Shown here: positions 8,393-17,419 of the stretch, piece by piece
Position numbering within the stretch: position 1 is the stretch's first letter
Layout of the letters: every line of letters starts with the position of its first letter
Source of the DNA: a virus
Lineage: Duplodnaviria > Caudoviricetes
Direction: 5' to 3' (one strand)
IMG/VR virus record: IMGVR_UViG_3300020179_000026
Coordinates: 1,990 to 65,989 of that record
DNA: 64,000 nucleotides
Translations under genes and position numbers: made by a program
The notes under the pieces: generated by a model
The model's input: only the letters and a program-made list of their open reading frames with translations
Database searches by the model: none
Told to the model about the DNA's origin: nothing

Positions 8393-10192
8393 TCATGCGT
8401 TTCCTGCTGCCTTCAACAATTGGTCTGCAGAAGGATTTTTCAATTGTTTATAACCTTCGGGATAGTATGCCTGAATAAATTTACCGGAACCTTTCTTTCC
8501 CAATTCCACGGTTCTTGCATAAACTCCGCTTTTAGGAGGTTGAACGGTGGCACTTTGGGTTCCGCCTCCGGACAGTACATTTTTTTCAAAATTCAATCGT
8601 GATTTCTCCGTATCAAAATATATATCAACTGTTAAGGTTTTTACCTCTTGTTGAGCTTGAGAATTCTGGTCCTTTAGTCGAATAACATTTCTTACAGAGC
8701 TGCCATTTTTCCTATTCTTTCGGAAAACACCCTGACCCTCCCGATCCATGTCCCGACCACTGGTATTGCCTTCAATGGTTGTGAATGAACCGTCTGAATT
8801 CACAGTTTCAACAATACCGGTATGACTGTATTTGTATGTGATAATATCACCAGGTTGCAGAGGTTTTTCACCATATCTAAATATTTCTGCTTTGCCGCTT
8901 TTTGCAAATTCTTCCATGCCATATGCTTTCATGGTGGCAGGAGCAGGTACATTTGTTCCAGCAGTTGCTTGTTGTGTCACGGCACTGACAAATCCTGCAC
9001 ACCACGGTTGGCCCTGAGATCCACCTCCTGCCTGGAAAAACGGATTTAATTGTGCTCCAGTATTTGTGCTTCCCCTTTCTGTCACCCCCAGATAACTTTG
9101 AGCGGCTTGCACTGTTCTTTGACCAACTGTGCTGCCTTTGTTAAAATCAACATTACTTGGGTAATATGATTGAGTTCCGTCCCCTTTTACAATTCCCCGT
9201 TTTCTGGCAGCAGTTTGTTCCACAACCGCTGTTCCGGTATCCATAGCAACCCGTGTTCCAATGGCCGGATTGTCAAAAACAATTTTGCTTCCATAAGGAA
9301 TTTGACTTGGATCCACCGCACAACTTACACCTTCAATAAGATTGTTTTTTCCGGTTGAACTGGTTTTGGCTTGGGACCACTCATCACCGCCTGCTCCTAA
9401 TTTTTCTTCAGCACTATATGTGGTAATCACCGCGTTAATTCTAAAATCGTTTGGGGATACTGCGTTGGGAACCACCGGACCTGCTTTGACCTGAACATTG
9501 TCTCCGCCCGTAAATCCTTTTTGATAACTTTGAGCATTTTGTTTGACCTGGGTGTTAAGATTTAAGGTTGCATTGGTGGATCCTTTTTGAATAAAATTAC
9601 CAAAGGAGGCAGGATTTGTTGCGAGATCCCGGGCTGTTTTTGGTGAAAATTGGGAAGGAACGCTGGTTTGAATGCTGTTGAGCAGGGAACTGACATTTGA
9701 AACATTTTGTATGCCTTGCAAATTTCCCAAAACCTGCTGACGAGCAAAATCAAAATTACCTGCATTGAATGATGCAAATTTGGAAAAAGTGTTGGAAAAT
9801 GTGCTTGCGATATCAACTTCACCTCCGGCAAAATTAGGTATTTGAAAATTATTTCCCAAATAAGACTGAACCAAACCTTGAAGTTGATTGGTTATGTTCA
9901 ATCCCTGGGTCACGCTCGCTATGGTTTGATCCAAAACCTGGGGAGATGGTAATTGTGGTAAAAAATCTGTTATGGGCAAATAATCCTTAATATTTCCAAA
10001 TTGCATGCCAAAATTGCTCATGTTTGAAAATTGAGCAGGAAGTTGAACTGAACCAAAAATGGTTTCTGGATTAAGCTGGCTCAATTGTTTAGACAAATCA
10101 TCCAGGGAAGGAACCGACAGGATCTTTTCAAGCTGGGAAAGATTCATTTCCGGAGCTAATTTTGTCAATAATGCAGCAGGAATTTCAGGCAT
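8393..10192 (-). CDS. virion-associated peptidoglycan hydrolase with 3D and CHAP domains
   Basis: CAVDPSQIPYGS, MDTG, VDIYF (3D); QPWCAGFVS, SHTGIV, IEGNT (CHAP); low-complexity Q/N/S N-terminus; adjacent to gp5. Confidence 0.85.
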   Translation of the reverse strand: MPEIPAALLTKLAPEMNLSQLEKILSVPSLDDLSKQLSQLNPETIFGSVQLPAQFSNMSNFGMQFGNIKDYLPITDFLPQLPSPQVLDQTIASVTQGLNITNQLQGLVQSYLGNNFQIPNFAGGEVDIASTFSNTFSKFASFNAGNFDFARQQVLGNLQGIQNVSNVSSLLNSIQTSVPSQFSPKTARDLATNPASFGNFIQKGSTNATLNLNTQVKQNAQSYQKGFTGGDNVQVKAGPVVPNAVSPNDFRINAVITTYSAEEKLGAGGDEWSQAKTSSTGKNNLIEGVSCAVDPSQIPYGSKIVFDNPAIGTRVAMDTGTAVVEQTAARKRGIVKGDGTQSYYPSNVDFNKGSTVGQRTVQAAQSYLGVTERGSTNTGAQLNPFFQAGGGSQGQPWCAGFVSAVTQQATAGTNVPAPATMKAYGMEEFAKSGKAEIFRYGEKPLQPGDIITYKYSHTGIVETVNSDGSFTTIEGNTSGRDMDREGQGVFRKNRKNGSSVRNVIRLKDQNSQAQQEVKTLTVDIYFDTEKSRLNFEKNVLSGGGTQSATVQPPKSGVYARTVELGKKGSGKFIQAYYPEGYKQLKNPSADQLLKAAGNA

Positions 10193-10267
10193 AATACTAG
10201 AAATATTTATGAAACAAAACCCTTTTGCAATATTGAAAAACCCTTATGGTTTAGTAACATAAAACAG

Positions 10268-10825
10268 TTGAAAATAGCATTTTCCGGCCCTCAAGCATCT
10301 GGCAAAAGCACACTGATACGACACTTGCTGGATAATTTCCTTAATAAGGAGGATTATCTTTTTATCAAAGGAGGTGCCCGCAAACTGAAAGATCATGGAT
10401 TTGAAATCAATGAAAAAGGTACGGATCTTTCGCAAGTTTTGCTTTTCAATTCATATATTGATGATATTGTAGTGAAGCCAAAAGAAAAAGCATCCAAACA
10501 TTACATTTATGATCGGTGGTTGTTGGATGGTGTTGTTTACTGTGATTGGAGCGTGAGTATCGGCAAAAATTCTCCGTGGGTGTATGATTACGGTCAACTC
10601 ATGCTGAAAATGTTACACACCGAAATAGATGTTCTTTTTTATTGTGATACAGAAGGTGTGCCGGTTGAGAATGATGATTACCGGAATACTGATGAAGAAT
10701 ACCGGACAGTGATACAGGCTATTTTTGAAAACTATCTGAAAGAACCAATAGTAAAATTTAAAAAAGTTGTGAGATTATCAGGATCTTTGAAGGATAGAAC
10801 TTCAAAAGTTTTAAGTGAGCTTTAG
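10268..10825 (+). CDS. P-loop nucleotide kinase (NadR/Ttd14 or dNMP-kinase-like)
   Basis: Walker A GPQASGKST, YDRWLLDG, ENDDYR lid motif. Confidence 0.8.
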   Translation: MKIAFSGPQASGKSTLIRHLLDNFLNKEDYLFIKGGARKLKDHGFEINEKGTDLSQVLLFNSYIDDIVVKPKEKASKHYIYDRWLLDGVVYCDWSVSIGKNSPWVYDYGQLMLKMLHTEIDVLFYCDTEGVPVENDDYRNTDEEYRTVIQAIFENYLKEPIVKFKKVVRLSGSLKDRTSKVLSEL

Positions 10826-11238
10826 AGATAGCCCAGAAGACTTAGACGACGAATATTAGGAGAAACAGACTCATCACCATTATTTGTCAACGTTTGCAAT
10901 GCAGGGGAGAGGTGCACCATCCCAGTGTTTGCAGTAAACAGAGAACTTGTACGGTTCTTGTAAATGATAGCAAATTGTACACCTTGATAAGCACTATCAA
11001 CACGCAATCTGATGCTATTCGGTCCTACCACACCAGAAGCAACAGTATTAGCAGATAGTGTTACTAATTGACCTGTTAATGCAACTGGAGCATTATTGAA
11101 TGCAACAGATTCTACATTTGACCCAACAATGTGAAGTGCAACTCCTGCAGTACTCAAACTGTAATTATTGGTTGCTGTCATATCCGGATTAAAATTATCC
11201 GGATCTAAAACTTGATTGGGGAAACTTAGTATTGCCAT
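10822..11238 (-). CDS. hypothetical beta-rich virion protein (possible head decoration)
   Basis: TAAATA 6 nt upstream; near gp23; S/T/N-rich. Confidence 0.6.
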   Translation of the reverse strand: MAILSFPNQVLDPDNFNPDMTATNNYSLSTAGVALHIVGSNVESVAFNNAPVALTGQLVTLSANTVASGVVGPNSIRLRVDSAYQGVQFAIIYKNRTSSLFTANTGMVHLSPALQTLTNNGDESVSPNIRRLSLLGYL

Positions 11239-11262
11239 ATAATATATTTATTGTTTTTTGTT

Positions 11263-11472
11263 TTAAATTCCTAATTTTGTTTTTAAAATATCCCAAGCGA
11301 AAGTTGCTAATGCTGAAATAGTTATTGCACCACCTACTATTTTTGTTTTAAATTTTTCTATATTGTTAAGACGGTTATGATGATCGTCCATTTTGTTAAT
11401 CACATGGTCCAATTTAGTTTCTATGCGAGTTACACGTTCCCGTACTTCTATAATGTCATCTTGATAAGCCAT
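11263..11472 (-). CDS. coiled-coil plus C-terminal TM protein (XhlA/holin-like)
   Basis: ERVTRIETKLD coiled coil followed by IVGGAITISALATFAW. Confidence 0.6.
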   Translation of the reverse strand: MAYQDDIIEVRERVTRIETKLDHVINKMDDHHNRLNNIEKFKTKIVGGAITISALATFAWDILKTKLGI

Positions 11473-11497
11473 ATATCTTGTTTTTAATATTTATTAA

Positions 11498-11797
11498 TTA
11501 TGACACGGGAATTGTAAGAATTTTAGGTAAAAACTTAATATTTTCTGGATCAAATTGTTTCATGGTTTCTAGCTTTGGGTGTATCATTTTGTGCCACACC
11601 CGACTGGCATTTTCATATCTTTTTGACAAAATCTCCTTTTTTTCTTCAGGAGAATATAATATATTATTTTCTATTTTGTATGTGTTTTCGATATATTTGT
11701 TAAGTTCACTAATCAAGTTTTTTAAAATATCAAATTCATGTTCTCCATTATATGGAATGTTAAATTCTTTGAGAAAAAACTGCTTAAACTTCATCAT
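11498..11797 (-). CDS. hypothetical protein, possible internal head protein (start revised to MMKFKQFFLKE)
   Basis: ORF-track start runs through the terminator; tandem TAAATA precede the ATGs near 11797; N-terminus resembles T4 capsid-targeting sequence. Confidence 0.55.
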   Translation of the reverse strand: MMKFKQFFLKEFNIPYNGEHEFDILKNLISELNKYIENTYKIENNILYSPEEKKEILSKRYENASRVWHKMIHPKLETMKQFDPENIKFLPKILTIPVS

Positions 11798-11820
11798 ATT
11801 ATTTATATTTATATAGATAT

Positions 11821-11853
11821 AAAAAAAGAAGGGAGTCGCAAGACTCCCTTCTT
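11821..11853 (-). terminator. rho-independent terminator downstream of gp23
   Basis: AAGAAGGGAGTC-GCAA-GACTCCCTTCTT hairpin with a T-run on the minus strand. Confidence 0.85.
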
Positions 11854-11913
11854 TAAACTTCACGGGACTTACCGTGTGAAAAAAATTTCTTTTCCACTCA
11901 GTGACTACTTTTT

Positions 11914-13410
11914 TTAGAAGTAGACGCTTTGTGTGGCCGGTGTGAACGGCTGACCCAGACCCACGACAATAATGACGTGGTAGTACAGGTTAGCCCCGAA
12001 AATATTATCCACAACGCCGTAACGAGTCATCAATCCAACGCGAGGCGAGAAGTCGTTAGGACCAATCGTGCGCTGAACGAGGACTGGGATGTACGGGCAA
12101 TAGATAATACCTGTGTCGTAATACTCCGGACCCTTGTAGCCCAGAAGGGCGTACTCGAGACGGGTGCTGCGCTGCGGATTCGAGCCGGAAAAAGGAAATG
12201 CTCCTTGATTTTCGGCTTGAGCGTCAGTGCGTGTATCACGATACACATTGAACCGACCACCGAGATTACCGACCTTGGCCACGCCAACAGGTTGAGTGTT
12301 GACATTGCCTTGGACCGGAACCCACTGGAACTCAGGAAGCATTTCCAGAATTGCGCAAACGCGGGGTGTGGCGACAACAAAGTTGGCGGCACCACGACGG
12401 TTACGAACTGCAATACGGTTGGCTTCGATGATCAGTCTCTGGTAGAAGTCGCGATTGCGTTCAACTAGCCAGCGACCGTCTGCGGAAGCCGGGGACCATA
12501 CGGAATATCCTGAGCCGTAGCCTGCATTGAGGGCAACCTGAATCATACGAATGATCATCTCACGGTCGATTTCTGCTTGTAGCTCATAGCTCATAGCATT
12601 GGTCAACTCTGTGTCGATGTCGATACCATTCATATTCTTCAAGTCTTGCTCAAGTTCTACGGACCAGCGAGCGGCGAGCCTACGTGTTCCGGCTTCGACT
12701 GCGGTTTTCTCGAAAGAAACCTCAATCTGAGGAATACGACCGGTAAGTTCGAACTGGCTCAGAATCTGGGCAACGCCCTGATCGCTGCCCTGTATCGAAA
12801 ATTCATTCGAATACGGCTGTGAAGGGGAAGCACCGGATAGCTGAGAAGACGATGTACCAGTGAAGCGTGTGTCGAGGAATTGGTAACCCAATTCAGCGCC
12901 ATTCGCTTGGCTGTAAGGAACGCCCAAGGAGCCGTTCGCGTTGGTTCCGCTGCCGTCCACGCCTGTGTTACCCAGCTGTTTGCCAAGGTACTTGTAGCGC
13001 AGAGCGAAAGCAAGACCCACCGGACCGCTCATGGGCTGTACGCCTACGATCTCGTTGGTGATTAGTTCGGGGAATGTACGACGAATCATCGGAATCAGAA
13101 TCTTCGGCAGACGAGCATCACCCTGGGCATAGTTGTCACCCGAGGTGATCTTGCCAGGAGGATTGAATGCCGCACCGATAGAAGCTCCACTACCGAAGAC
13201 ACCACCGTTACCGGCGGTATTATCTTCGTTAATCATGCACCATTGCTCTTGGTTTTCCAAAAGCATGGCGGTGTTGAGACGTGTGTGATCGTCTTCGATG
13301 GCCCGGACGGAATCCGAGGTGTAATCGAGAACGGGTGCCCACTTCTCAAGGAGGGTCTTGGCGCGAGACTGATTGATGTAACTCGTGGGAGGAGCGATAC
13401 GCTTACTCAT
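11914..13410 (-). CDS. gp23: major capsid protein
   Basis: LLEKWAPVL, LLENQE, GVQPMSGPVGLAFALR, ELEQDLK, EIDRE, GYKG..YDTGIIYCPYIP, F.PRVGLMTRYG; AAGGAG SD upstream. Confidence 0.98.
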   Translation of the reverse strand: MSKRIAPPTSYINQSRAKTLLEKWAPVLDYTSDSVRAIEDDHTRLNTAMLLENQEQWCMINEDNTAGNGGVFGSGASIGAAFNPPGKITSGDNYAQGDARLPKILIPMIRRTFPELITNEIVGVQPMSGPVGLAFALRYKYLGKQLGNTGVDGSGTNANGSLGVPYSQANGAELGYQFLDTRFTGTSSSQLSGASPSQPYSNEFSIQGSDQGVAQILSQFELTGRIPQIEVSFEKTAVEAGTRRLAARWSVELEQDLKNMNGIDIDTELTNAMSYELQAEIDREMIIRMIQVALNAGYGSGYSVWSPASADGRWLVERNRDFYQRLIIEANRIAVRNRRGAANFVVATPRVCAILEMLPEFQWVPVQGNVNTQPVGVAKVGNLGGRFNVYRDTRTDAQAENQGAFPFSGSNPQRSTRLEYALLGYKGPEYYDTGIIYCPYIPVLVQRTIGPNDFSPRVGLMTRYGVVDNIFGANLYYHVIIVVGLGQPFTPATQSVYF

Positions 13411-13489
13411 TTATTACATTCTCCTTTATAGTAAATTCGACCGGTAGCAATGCTACCAAATAATCTCAGGCTTAAAACCTCAGAAATGT

Positions 13490-14371
13490 TTACCAGCGGC
13501 TCAGTTCGCTAAGATAACCGTTTGTGGCGTCGTTGTCTTCAGAGGCGGCAGACTTTTCAGTTGCAGCTTCCTCAACAACTACGCGATCCACAGTTTCGGT
13601 TTGCTTAGTGGCTTCGTCGCGAATGGTTGAAAGACGCTCCTCTTCAGTTTTATTGAAGAGTTTAAGGGTGTAATCGTAGTTTTCATTGATGAAGGACACA
13701 TCCTTGTTGCCCAGCAGCTTTTGGATGAACTTCTTTTTGTTCTCCGGAAGCTCCCGTGTCTTCTGTTCAAGCAGAAGCGAGGCTTGTGTCTTATTCAGTT
13801 CTTTTTCAAGAACTACTACGCGTCCTTTAGCGCTTTCAAGCTCTTTACGAGCTTCATCTAATTGTTTCTTGCCGTCCATTACTGCCTCACGAATGCTGTC
13901 TTGGGCAATCGCGGCATCAACGGCGAGAAGATTGCGAACCTTGGCGAGGGTGTCATTGGCTTTGCGGTTGGCAACAGCTTTTTTGATATCCTCGGCAGGT
14001 ACAACTTCATCAAGATAAGCTTCCAAATAGGTGCTAATATCATTGATGGTTTCATTTTTGAAGCTTTTGGCTTCACCAGAAAGGGCGGTTTGATACTTTT
14101 CAACAATTGCTTTGAGTTTTCCGCTGTGATTTTCGTCAATCGCGGCAACAACCTTATTCAACTTGGCAACGTGATCTTTATCGATGGCTTCAACAAGGGT
14201 TTCCAGCTTTTTGCTGTGATCTTCATCTTGTTCGGCCAGAGCTTTTTCAACGTGTATTTTTACTTTTTCATTTACAGAAGTTTCAAAAGCTTGTTGAATT
14301 TCATTCAGTGTTTGCTCAGTCAGAATGTCCTTTGTAGCTTCTTTGAGTACCTCTACAACGTTTTTGCTCAT
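13490..14371 (-). CDS. gp22: prohead core scaffolding protein
   Basis: Charged coiled coil, FETSVNEKV and STYLEAYLDE motifs, directly upstream of gp23. Confidence 0.85.
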   Translation of the reverse strand: MSKNVVEVLKEATKDILTEQTLNEIQQAFETSVNEKVKIHVEKALAEQDEDHSKKLETLVEAIDKDHVAKLNKVVAAIDENHSGKLKAIVEKYQTALSGEAKSFKNETINDISTYLEAYLDEVVPAEDIKKAVANRKANDTLAKVRNLLAVDAAIAQDSIREAVMDGKKQLDEARKELESAKGRVVVLEKELNKTQASLLLEQKTRELPENKKKFIQKLLGNKDVSFINENYDYTLKLFNKTEEERLSTIRDEATKQTETVDRVVVEEAATEKSAASEDNDATNGYLSELSRW

Positions 14372-14411
14372 AAAATTATTTATTTAAAACCTTTCAATTT
14401 TTTTGATTTTT

Positions 14412-14561
14412 TTATTTTTTTAAATCTTTGACGCAGTTATAAATACGATTTTGCAATTTAATGTCCATGACCTCCTGTAGTGACTTTTTCGCATTGCTAT
14501 AGTCTTTTTCAGTAAGACATTTAATAAAATTGTTGATCAGGAATTTTTGTTTATTATCCAT
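14412..14561 (-). CDS. small prohead core protein, gp67-like (49 aa, not in ORF track)
   Basis: Manual translation MDNKQKFLINNFIKCLTEKDYSNAKKSLQEVMDIKLQNRIYNCVKDLKK; resembles the gp67 N-terminal helix; TAAATA 8 nt upstream. Confidence 0.6.
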   Translation of the reverse strand: MDNKQKFLINNFIKCLTEKDYSNAKKSLQEVMDIKLQNRIYNCVKDLKK

Positions 14562-14572
14562 GGTTCTTATAT

Positions 14573-15253
14573 TTAGCTTTTTGAGCTGAGTTTTCTAAAG
14601 AATAAAACCACCTGTTCTTTCAGGAAATTCTCAACATCATTTTTTGGTAAATTACGGAGCGCATCTCCGAAACTATCATATATTTCTTCATATTGTCCAC
14701 TTTCTTTTAAAACAAATTGTTTGCTTTCTAGAATACCGTCCACAAATGCCTTGGGGAACGATGGATCAGCAACGCAATCAATCGCAACTAAACGAAGATC
14801 AGTTACTTTGTTAGTGCCATTGCCAGCTTCTGTCAATTTTCCTAGAGCACGGCTACTCATGCCGACTTTAACTCCGTCCTGAATCAAACTTTTGACAATC
14901 ATTCCCATGGGTGTGCTCAGAACCTTGCTTTTACCGTAGAAGATATTTCCGTCCTGACGAAGTTCAGTAACCATGTGACAAACCCGTTCCAGATTCACTT
15001 CCGGAGTTTGGGGGTGATTCAATTCACCCATGCTTCGATTATTCCGAATCATTTCACTTGTGTAACGTCCTACTTCTTTGGTCATTTCTTCCAGATTATA
15101 AATGCGACGATTGCGATTAGCATGTTCTGCCATCATGTAAGGACCTTTGATATAAAGAGTAGCAGGTTGATTGGGGTTTTTTTCCTCCAATACATATTCA
15201 AAATCATCATTCGATGCGGGACGTTCAACGATTAGCTTTAGACCATCATTCAT
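14573..15253 (-). CDS. gp21: prohead protease
   Basis: NRNRRIY, GELNHP, STPMGMIVKSL, GMSSRALG, DCVADPSFPKAFV. Confidence 0.96.
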   Translation of the reverse strand: MNDGLKLIVERPASNDDFEYVLEEKNPNQPATLYIKGPYMMAEHANRNRRIYNLEEMTKEVGRYTSEMIRNNRSMGELNHPQTPEVNLERVCHMVTELRQDGNIFYGKSKVLSTPMGMIVKSLIQDGVKVGMSSRALGKLTEAGNGTNKVTDLRLVAIDCVADPSFPKAFVDGILESKQFVLKESGQYEEIYDSFGDALRNLPKNDVENFLKEQVVLFFRKLSSKS

Positions 15254-15261
15254 TGTTTAAA

Positions 15262-15269
15262 TATTTATA
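15262..15269 (-). promoter_or_regulatory. T4-type late promoter TATAAATA
   Basis: Exact consensus 8 nt upstream of the gp21 ATG. Confidence 0.7.
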
Positions 15270-15277
15270 CAAATTGG

Positions 15278-15751
15278 TTATTTTTTCGTGGGATTTATTT
15301 TTAAATTTTTTTCTGTAAGGATGATGAACTGCATGTCATGTTTATTTGCAAAATTTTTTGCCGCCTCCCATTTTGCACAATTTGTAACGTAAGTCATTTG
15401 TTCATAAAGCATTGTAGATTTTCTACATTTGCTGTTTGTGAAGTCAGGTTTTCGTGTTTGTTTTTCTGGTTTAATCTCTACAAGATACTTTTTATAAGTA
15501 TCTCCTTCTTTTATTACCATATTCAAATCCACATAATATAGGCGAGTGCTTTTTTCAAAAGGATGAAAGTATGGAATTTTTACACTTTCACTGGCCCAAT
15601 GAGAAACATTTGGATTGTCATCACAAAAACGAAAAAATTTAAGTTCATAAGATGAACGATAAACAATAGGCTTCTTTCCCACATATTTGATTTCATTCTT
15701 GGGAGAAAAAATTCCCTGAATAAACCGGCTATTTTTTTGCAGAGGTATCAT
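15278..15751 (-). CDS. gp4: head completion nuclease (TnsA-like)
   Basis: YRSSYELKFFRFCD.NP.V..WASE...IPY, LVEIKP, N.AKWEAA, FIILTE. Confidence 0.93.
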   Translation of the reverse strand: MIPLQKNSRFIQGIFSPKNEIKYVGKKPIVYRSSYELKFFRFCDDNPNVSHWASESVKIPYFHPFEKSTRLYYVDLNMVIKEGDTYKKYLVEIKPEKQTRKPDFTNSKCRKSTMLYEQMTYVTNCAKWEAAKNFANKHDMQFIILTEKNLKINPTKK

Positions 15752-15763
15752 CCGGTTTACGGA

Positions 15764-16768
15764 TTATCCAATCAACAACTGTACAGGGCTTGCATCACCC
15801 AAGCCCGGAGCAGAACCCTCATACAATCGTTTCTCCAGTTCTTCTTTTTCTTTCAATCCTTGTTGCAACATGTCATTATAATTAAGTTGTCCACCCCCGA
15901 AAAGGTTTACAGATGTATATTTTCCTCGTACATGACCCACAGCGATTTTCGTTAATGCAAGTGCATATTGCTGGACCCATTGCTCCTGAATAATCTGTTG
16001 AACCGGACGCTCCACATAACAATTTAAAACACCGTAAAATCTAGAATTTCTTGGTGGTGGATACATTTGCATGCATTGTGTGCGCTCATCAAATTTAATT
16101 GAACGAGGGATACTCAAAAGTTTTTCTCGGTTTTTTAAAAAATCTTTCAAGATATACCAGCTAATAAGATCAAATCCATAATTTCCCATGGCATAACTGA
16201 AATAAGTTTGTTGGGCCAGTGTTTGTTCGATTGTAAACAAAGTATTAACACCGGTGCTGCTACCTTCTTCGAAATACCTAATGTCTATGACCTTGCGGTA
16301 TGTTTTGACAAGATAATCATAAGAATTTAATATAGAAATTTGATCCGCGAAATTTCCTTCAGGATCTGGACTTGCAACCTGAAACGCCATGGGATTTTCT
16401 GGATCACCAATCACCATATTACCTATATTGTACATGCTATTGATACTGGTGTTACGAATATCGTAACGAAAATTAAAATCAGGTGTCAAACTAAACAATG
16501 TGTCTAGGCGTAATCCTTTTCCTTCATCATAAAGTTCACTATCAAAAACAACATATTCTTCGGTATATCCTGCAAATTTGCTAAACATTTCAACGGCAAT
16601 GGCTATGTTCTCAAAAAGTTGATCTTGATGAATTTCTATATTGACAAGAGGAGCACCCAACTGACGACTGATGCGAATTCCCAAATCATTAAATGCTTGA
16701 ATCCGGCTATTGAGATTTGTGCTATAAAACGTGCTGACGTTTTGTGTGACTGTGCAACTTAGGCTCAT
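15764..16768 (-). CDS. gp13: neck protein (head-tail adaptor)
   Basis: RQLGAPLVNIEI..DQ; WVQQYALAL.K...G..RGKY....LFGGGQLN. Confidence 0.88.
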   Translation of the reverse strand: MSLSCTVTQNVSTFYSTNLNSRIQAFNDLGIRISRQLGAPLVNIEIHQDQLFENIAIAVEMFSKFAGYTEEYVVFDSELYDEGKGLRLDTLFSLTPDFNFRYDIRNTSINSMYNIGNMVIGDPENPMAFQVASPDPEGNFADQISILNSYDYLVKTYRKVIDIRYFEEGSSTGVNTLFTIEQTLAQQTYFSYAMGNYGFDLISWYILKDFLKNREKLLSIPRSIKFDERTQCMQMYPPPRNSRFYGVLNCYVERPVQQIIQEQWVQQYALALTKIAVGHVRGKYTSVNLFGGGQLNYNDMLQQGLKEKEELEKRLYEGSAPGLGDASPVQLLIG

Positions 16769-16769
16769 A

Positions 16770-17393
16770 TTAATTGTTGCTGGTTATGGAAACAATGATG
16801 GTGGATTGGTTGGCGGTCAGCCCAGTAAACATGACATAAAGGGCGTTGACCCGTTCATGCAGGGCGGATACTGCCGCCTGCACAGAAGCATAATTCAGAT
16901 CTAACGCCTGTATTCTGTCCTGATAAAAAACATTTGGAGAAAGAATTGGATCAAAGCCGACCGATGAAAGAGCCGAAGCATAAATGGCACTGTTTGCCAC
17001 AAGATTTGAATATGCTTCACTCCAATAAGCACTTTTTTCTTCTACCGTTGTATAAACTGAAGACCAGCTTCCGGAAAGTGTATTAACTGTTATATAAGTG
17101 CTTTGCCAATTAGAACTAAAAGACAAAACATGAGTATAGACACTTTGCCAACTGGAACTGTTTGTTTGAACTGTGGTATAAACACTGTTCCAATAACCAC
17201 TATTAGCTTGAAGTGTTAGATATGCACCATACCAATTTTCACTAGTTCCTTGATTTTGAGTGTGAAAAACTCCCTGAAACTTTAAGTTTGGTCCGGCAAT
17301 CGGATCGCTTCCACTTTCCAATACGCCCGCTGTGGGGTCGGTATGGTGGGTGGAGCGATGAAGTTTTCCGTGAAAAGGATAATTGCCAGACAT
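16770..17393 (-). CDS. virion fibre-like protein with 14-aa W/Y repeats
   Basis: His-rich N-terminus FHGKLHRSTHHT; six W.S.YTTV..NS repeats; TATAAATA at 17399-17406. Confidence 0.7.
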   Translation of the reverse strand: MSGNYPFHGKLHRSTHHTDPTAGVLESGSDPIAGPNLKFQGVFHTQNQGTSENWYGAYLTLQANSGYWNSVYTTVQTNSSSWQSVYTHVLSFSSNWQSTYITVNTLSGSWSSVYTTVEEKSAYWSEAYSNLVANSAIYASALSSVGFDPILSPNVFYQDRIQALDLNYASVQAAVSALHERVNALYVMFTGLTANQSTIIVSITSNN

Positions 17394-17419
17394 ATATTTA
17401 TTTATAAATTAATTGCATA

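Noticed and set aside
11929-14431. Several long plus-strand ORFs
   Set aside because: Antisense shadows of the codon-biased gp23 and gp22 genes
15278-15751. TnsA-like protein as a transposon marker
   Set aside because: Motifs and context match T4 gp4 head completion protein; no other Tn7 genes or terminal repeats
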